This document shows positions 56,849-64,000 of a DNA stretch of 64,000 nucleotides, piece after piece (position 1 is the stretch's first letter; each line of letters starts with the position of its first letter). The notes under the pieces are model-generated. The model did no database searches. It saw only the letters and a program-made list of their open reading frames with translations, and was not told the origin of the DNA. The position numbers were made by a program, and so were the translations under genes. Origin of the DNA: Octopus vulgaris (lineage: Eukaryota); NCBI GenBank assembly GCA_951406725.2, contig OX597824.1, positions 31,558,001 through 31,622,000 on the forward strand, in the 5' to 3' direction.

Positions 56849-57057
56849 ATGTGATTGAAACATTATTATTTTTTTTAAAAAGCATGAAATGCACTCCAAT
56901 GAACATTTTTTTTTAAAGCAAATCGATAAATAGCCGAACAAAATAGCTTGCAATATTCCTAGATACATCACAATTCGTACAGGGTCCAAGTTTTACCGAG
57001 GTCAAGTTTGCATCCAACTAATCCGAGGGTCGATTAAATGAATGCCGTTCATGTAGA

Positions 57058-57640
57058 AAGCGGCGAGCTGGCAGAAACGTTAGCACGCCGGGCGAAATGC
57101 GTAGCTGTATTTCGTCTGCCTTTACGTTCTGAGTTCAAATTCCGCCGAGGTCGACTTTGCCTTTTCATCCTTTCGGGGTCGATTAAATAAGTACCATTTA
57201 CGCACTGGGGTCGATATAATCGACTTAATCCGTTTGTCCCCTCTGTGTTTAGCCCCTTGTGGGTAGTAAAGAAATAGGTATTTCGTCTGCCGCTACGTTC
57301 TGAGTTCAATTTCCGCCGAGGTTGACTTTGCTTTTTAACCTTTCGGGGTCGATAAATTAAGTACCAGTTATGCACTGGGGTCGATGTAATTGACTTAATC
57401 CCTTTGTCTGTCCTTGTTTGTCCCCTCTATGTTTAACCCCTTGTGGGCAATAAAGAAATAAGAGTCGTAGGCACATTGGACAAACTGCATAGTGGCATTT
57501 CTTCTGGCTCTTTACGTTCTGAGTTCAAATGCAGCCGAGTTTACTTTTGTCTTTCATCCTTTCGGAATCGATAAAATAAAGAGCCAGCCAAGTACTGGGG
57601 TCGATGTAGTTGATGTGTCCTCTCCCCTAAAAATTGCTAG
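57058..57640 (+). mobile_element. SINE family 2 with internal tandem reiteration of the body plus a further partial copy
   Basis: The tttcgtctgcc..gttctgagttcaa..cactggggtcgat block occurs three times. Confidence 0.8.
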
Positions 57641-58107
57641 CCATGAACCCTGCAGTGGACTGGCGTCCTATTCAGGGAAATGTGATCTCGATTAGTCATA
57701 ACGCATGCAAACCGGGTAATCGGCCTAGAACTCAAGAAAAAAAAAGAAGTTATGTACAAGGTTCCATAAAATCGATACTTGTGCTTACGTTAGAAATAAT
57801 TATTCTCAACACCATCTTTTTTGTCGGTTCCTCTCAGGTTTTGTTGTCGATATTTAGATTCGTAAAAAATCGCTTTGTAATGGAATCAAACGCGACAAAC
57901 AAGAACACTTCCATGCAGGAATTAAGTCGAACAAATAAACGACACATCCGCTAATTCTGTACTGGTTGACATTTCTATAAAATGCTTTCTCGAGACTATA
58001 TAATGATCTCACAGAAAAATGCGTTCAGTTCCCAAATAATTAGCATAGCAAATATTGTACGCTTCAACACGCTGTACACATTAATTTTACAAAATGTATG
58101 CTATATA

Positions 58108-59352
58108 TTGGGTTATCTCATAAATAATGCGGTGTTTTGATTGCATGAAATATAAGTCGGAAGGGGACGGGATAAACTACCTGCATCAACTTGCAAAAAG
58201 CAGGTAGTAATTTTACCTTGTACTTATTCTTAGTGCAAGTTTTGAAGAGTGCGGTTCGATTTTAACAGTTATTTTTTTCAAAGCTATAATGGAAGTGACA
58301 AAGGAGCATATTCAGTATATTTTGTTTTATGAGTACAATAAAGGTAACAATGCAACGGAAAGTGCGAGGGATATTAATGCAGTATATGGGGATGGGACAA
58401 TAAGCGTAAGCCAGTGTCAATGGTAGTTCCAGAAATTCCGAGCCGGAGACTACAGCCTAGAAGACGAGCCTTGTCCTGAAAGATATTTAGAACTCGACGA
58501 GGACGTCTTACAAACCCTGATGGAACAAAATCCTATCGTAACCGTAGAGGAACTAGCAGAGAAGCTTTGATTTGGTCATTCAACTATTCATCAACATCTG
58601 AGTGCCATCGGAAAAGTCACCAAATTGAGTCAGTGGATTTCTCACAAACTTTCCGAGTCTAATCGCGCGCAGAGAGTGAATGTGCGCTCTTCTTTGCTGT
58701 TACGTCTCACAAATAAACCTTTTTCGAAATGGGATCTCTATAAAAATCCTACCTACTGAAGACAGTAGGTAGGAAAGAAGAAACACTGGCACCCCAGGCT
58801 AAAGAAGGTCTTCACCCATGTAAGGTGTTGTCATCTATTTGGAGGGATATGAAAGGTTTAGCCCACTTTCAACTTTTAAACCCAAACCAAACGTTAACAA
58901 AGGAGATCTACTGCAAGCAGTTTGAGCAGTTTGAGCAGTTTAAGTCAGCGCTAGAAGAAAAACGATCATTTTTGGTTTCAGGATGAAAGGTGTTCTTCCA
59001 TTAGGTTAATGCTCGACCACATACGGCGAGGATTTGAATGGGAAACGATGCCCAACCCACCACATTCACCGGATATTGCCCCATCTGATTATAATTTATG
59101 CCGCAGTCTTCAAAACCATTTGGAGAAAAAAATATGAATTCTGTAGACGAGGTTAGAACAATACTAGAGGAGTATTTTCCATCATGGACAAGTGACTTTT
59201 GGATGAGGGGCCTTGCATGTCTACCTGATAGATGGAAGAGCATTGTAGAAAATGAAAGAGAATATATTTTAGATTTAAAAAGTACTCTGTTCATCTTAAT
59301 TTTGAAAAATAAAGAGGTATAGAAAAACGACATTACTTATGGGATGACCCAA
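58108..59352 (+). mobile_element. Full-span decayed mariner transposon
   Basis: TA|ttgggttatctcataaataatg ... cattacttatgggatgacccaa|TA; transposase remnant from ATG ~58289 (MEVTKEHIQYILFYE..SLEDEP..HSPDIAPSDY) with stops. Confidence 0.92.
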
Positions 59353-59889
59353 TATTTACTGTAATTTTTATCATATGGGAAAGGAATTGAAATAATATTT
59401 CAGTCGGTGAAATGTTAATATTAGACATCTAGTTTTCCCTGCTATTTCAGAATTTATGGATTTCATCAGCCAAATTTCAACTAAGTAGAATCTAAAGATA
59501 CAAGCGCAGAAAACTGACAGAAGGAACCTAATGTGACTTTTAACAAATTCAAGAGTGGCCGACTAAGTTACATACATACACTGTTTCACGAGAGAGTTCA
59601 ATTAAATGCATAATGTTGTTCTACAATTCATCTCTGTGCGTACACAGTCATAAGTGAATATAAGCTTGCTGTCTGACATCCTCTTCTATGACATTTCACA
59701 ATACGCAAGCTTAAATCAGCAACAACTTCAATTTATAAAGAGAAAAAAAAAACAGCCTTTGCTCGATTCACATCCATCTGTAGAGAGTTCTATTTAGCAT
59801 GAAGCATTTACGACAAAGTTGTCATATTTATTTTCCATTTGTATATGTATAAACGAGTGCCAACGCACTGACTTAAAGACTGCGCATTG

Positions 59890-60190
59890 GTAACTATCTG
59901 GCACTCCATCGGTTACGACAGCCTGCTCGTCAAATTAAGGTGCAAGTGATTGAGCACTCCATAGACACACGTAGTCTTAAAGTAGTTCTCAGGGAGATTC
60001 AGTGTGTGACACAGACTGTAACAAGGCTGGCCTTTAGAATTACAGGTATAACTCATTTTTACAAGCTGAGTGAACTGGAGCAACGTGAAATAGTGTCTTG
60101 TTCAAAGACACAACGTACCGCCGGGAACTGAACCCACAACTTTACGATGGTGAGCCGAATATCCTAACCACTTAGCCACGCACCTTCACA
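59890..60190 (-). mobile_element. tRNA-derived SINE (family 4-like head)
   Basis: Minus: gtggctaagtgg A box and ggttcagttccc; shares ctggagcaacgtgaaat with 36395. Confidence 0.7.
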
Positions 60191-60601
60191 CTGGCACATA
60201 TACACCGTTAACATAGACCAGAAATAGATAATAGTATCACGTATCAACAATATTTATCAGCCACTGTAGTGTAAACTGAACTTAGGAATTCTTTCCCAAC
60301 TGCTTGAAATCCTTTACTTAAATCACAACTTTGTTCTATTTTTGGACATTTAGCATACATCTTTTCGACATATTTTATATTCTGGCCTTTTTTTGGACCC
60401 ATCACCTGTCATATTTGAGGTAGTCACCCAATCTTTTCCGGCTCTTTCTTAAGCAGCCATTGCTAGTCTTTCTTCCATTGTTTGAATTGCCAAGCATTAG
60501 TGAATCGTCTCTTACTTCAGTTTGCTTGCTCAAGGATCTCGAGTTTCTCAACTTTAGCTTATCTTCAATCATTCCCTTGTTGCTGTGATATTTGGCCTCA
60601 A

Positions 60602-60636
<35 letters not shown>

Positions 60637-60993
60637 GCCCTCTTCTCTCTCACTTTTCTCTTTCCTTCATCCTCTTCTCTCTCGCTCTCTTTTATCCTTC
60701 TTTCTTTCTCTTTCCTTCTTTCAATGTCTCTTTATTATGCTTTATATGCCCATCGATGTCATGGTCTAGAGAAGATAAAGTAACTTCAAATTCGCATTTG
60801 CCAGGATTAATAACTACACTGTACTGACAAAGACAGCTTTCACTATTGTTTTCAAACGTGGTGACAGTTAACAGATCGTCAGCCGAAATTGCGAGGATGA
60901 TCCGGTTCTTGACTGAAGATTAAAGGCTTCGAATGACCCGTCCGTGTTTTTTGTATCGTCTATTTGGATGTTTTACGTTCTTGTCTCATTTTG

Positions 60994-61075
<82 letters not shown>

Positions 61076-61209
61076 AGTACGAAAGAAATCACTAGTAACA
61101 TCACCAATAAATCTTTGGAACGTCTATGCAGCATTCCTCAAATCAAAAAGCATCCGTAGAATTTCGCGAAGCTGAAAGGATGTTGCGACACCCGTTTTCA
61201 GTACGTCTG

Positions 61210-61320
61210 AAACGGTTAGTGGAAAAACGTAATGGTTTGTAAGGGTATGTAACAGTTTGCAGAGAAATATGACGGTTTGTAGGGAAATGTGGCGGTTTGT
61301 AGAGAACTAGAACGGTTTGT
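61210..61320. repeat. ~20-bp degenerate tandem repeat (aacggtttgtagggaaatgt)
   Basis: About five or six units visible. Confidence 0.65.
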
Positions 61321-62619
61321 GTGTGGATGGTTGGCAAGTTGAGAAGACTGCATATTTGGTTTTTCTAATGTCATGTCACCAAGAAAGTAAATAACTTGGT
61401 TGCTTTCGAAGTCCGCGGAATAAACAACAGAAGAAAATAATAGATGAAATGGTCTTTATTTTACCGTTACAGTATAAAAATAACTGCTTCGAGTTGTAGA
61501 AGTATAATCAAACATTTAAAACAATACTTTAAATGAGTTAGTAAATATGCATTAAAAAGTTAGTCCTATTGTTAATGGGATGTCTCGATGCTGATTGGTC
61601 AGTTAATCGGCCGATCACATGAAATTGCTGTTACTATATCGTGACTTTTACTTCGCAATTTGTCGAAATGAAAGTGGAAATTTCGAAAAGAGTTGTGTTT
61701 GCGCATCAATTTTCTTTTTCATATTAAATAACGACATAATCATAATTTAGATACTCTGAAAGGTATTTGTAGAAAATATCATTATAAATTACCCATTTTT
61801 CCGAAAGTTATGACTTGTGTGAATTTACCGAAACTCATCACCCCACCCTCGCAAAAAAATTTTCAACACACAAATACCGAATCTTTTCTGTTTCGACTTC
61901 AATTTTCAATTTCTTCAATTTTGTTCCAACTAATTAAAAATTTGGTGTATTGATGTAGTTTTGTATGCTAATTATTCAAATGAAGTTTCTTCTTCACCAC
62001 ATATCAATAAATAAACCGTTAATAGCTTTTAAAGTTTGCAAATTTGTAGTAATTTTAGCCAATCGAAAGCCACAGACATATAGGTGTCTGTTTCCATAGT
62101 AACGAGCCAAGCGTGCTTGCTCATGTAGAAATCTATGTGGGCCTCTGTAAAGCAAAGTAATAAATGACGCTGTGGTACTCACCGTTCCATGGCTGACTCT
62201 TATCTCTCCGAGTTTGTGTGACGCAGGAGATATGAAAATTGCAATTTATTTTTTAAAAATCCCAGAGTGCATTGCTAACTTTCGTTTTTGAATTTCCGAT
62301 TTTCGTGTTGTATCCATGAACTGAAGTCCAGTTAGTCTTTTTCGTGTAACATTTTCGCTAGAAAATATGTATTGTTTACAGTGGTAATGATTTTGATCAA
62401 AGGTCTGCTTGACTAGAACTGACCTGAGGTTTAAAGTCTTATCATCTACAACATTCAAAGTTTATATTTTGCTGCCATATATGAACATTCTACATTACCG
62501 TAAAAACTATGTACAGTTGAAACCCAACTTGATATGAACAGGAATATATTTTACAAAAGAAAATCAAGTAAAAACCAAAAAAGGGGGAGAAAGGGGAAAA
62601 AATAGCAATGCAGCACCAA

Positions 62620-63960
62620 GTACTTCAGTAGGCTGCACACCACAAGGTACAAGGGAACTTACTGAAGCAAGCCAGCACGCTCGCGGCATTACCACGAGTG
62701 ATGGCGAAGCTAAGGGTTGGAAAAGCCAAGCACCCTCGGGGGCATCACATCGGTGAGGCGAGCTGCCAATGATGCCGAGAACTCAGTCCCTCCAAACGTC
62801 TCTATATCACAGGTTGTAAGAGATAATTCACTGCCAGGTCCAGATATTTCAGGGGTTTGTTCCATTCAGCTACGGAAGCAGTGGCATTCCCATTTACTGC
62901 AGTATCCAGGATGTGGGAGGGAACAAAAGTGTCATAGGCTGCAGCGTCCCAGATGAGGCCCCTACCTGAGGGATAGAAGGTAAGACCATCGGGTCTCTTC
63001 CCATCATTTCTGGATTATACCACCGGCTCCAGAACTGAGGGGATATTAATCCGAGCCAGGACCCACTTAATGGTTAAGTTTAGCTCGGTGTGACGAGCGA
63101 AACGACCAGCATTTAAGCGGCATGACAGAACTTGAAGACCTGTGGAATCGAGAGTCCTACCACAGAGATATCTCAGTCCCCTACAGACGTCAGCTCTCGC
63201 TCTAAGTATGATGGAGAAGCGGAACTCTTCTAGACTGTGTAGACTTTTAACGTTGGTCACGGACATGGCTTCAACAAAGTCCCCCGAGATTTTGCACTCA
63301 CAGAGAGTAGACGACACCTTGAAAATTGATCAGATTGATCAAAGAGAGAGTTTACGGTATCACTTGAACGCAAATTTTCCCATACTCTCTGCTTGCGTCT
63401 ATCCTCAGCAGTAACAGGAACTGACAAACCCAACTCACTTCACTATAACTGAGCTTCATCCCTCTCCCTTTTGGAATTAATCCATGTTGAAGAGAAGAGG
63501 ATGTTGCTTACCAAAGGAATGCAAACATGGATGGAGGAAAGAAAACAGGGAAGAAAGAGATAGACGAGCACTTACGCAGACCTAGGCCACTGACGAGAAT
63601 CTATAAAAGGGAGTAACTCTGAGAAAATACAATAATTTAGGAATCGACAAGTAATTCCTAAGCATTAAAAAAAAACCTTGGTGGGGCTCAGTTACCTCAA
63701 GAATTTTAAAAAATGTGCTAAAGGTTAGCCATTTTAGATAGAAAGATGTACTCGAAAGCTCGGTCAGTAATTGGGGTTCCCAGAGAGCACCATGCTGATG
63801 AAGGAAGGAACCGGGATGGAAGAGAGGGTGTCTGTAAACAGGTTTAGAGTCTGCTGATGTGAAGCTGGATGGTTGAGGAGCCAGAGCTCGCATTTGGAAC
63901 TATTAATTAAAGGCCTCTGAGACCAAGTTCCCCAATCATCGCCCTCCTGTTGCAAGGATA
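62620..63960 (-). mobile_element. Decayed CRE-like LINE (RT end + restriction-like endonuclease)
   Basis: FLMLRNYLSIPKLLYFLR, RHTELN..LARINIPSVLEP, DGKRPDGLT and LIWDA..DTF remnants. Confidence 0.72.
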
Positions 63961-64000
63961 TGATGTAATTATATAATGAGAAAGCGGATTATAATATTCA

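Noticed and set aside
60820-60870. Possible HHR remnant ctgacaa...caaacg
   Set aside because: Several core positions mutated; cannot be distinguished from chance by eye.

Overview
AT-rich, microsatellite-dense eukaryotic DNA. The tRNA-headed SINEs and repeat landscape suggest a cephalopod such as Octopus (inference). The only host gene I can support is the 3' half of a + strand MS4A/CD20-like tetraspan gene: exons 387-476, 1911-2030 and 8821-8976, all phase 0 with GT-AG introns. The rest is transposable-element debris: Penelope-like elements (one with an intact RT + GIY-YIG frame at ~52.9-54.3 kb), RTE, R4/Dong-like, L1/Tx1-like, CRE-like and CR1/L2-like LINE remnants, Helitrons, mariner copies, GGATC-ended MITEs with 8-bp TSDs, and several SINE families. 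A ~5.5-kb tandem duplication (13.7-26.9 kb) has breakpoints in (ATGT)n arrays. The most notable unannotated signal is about ten minimal type-I hammerhead ribozyme (HHR) motifs in short Penelope-type terminal fragments. These fragments mostly sit inside (TA)n tracts, often as long fold-back palindromes or head-to-tail repeats, and one pair carries a compensatory U3-A8 core. Almost all ORFs in the supplied track are microsatellite artefacts. All calls were made by eye; TE family names and coordinates of degenerate elements are approximate.
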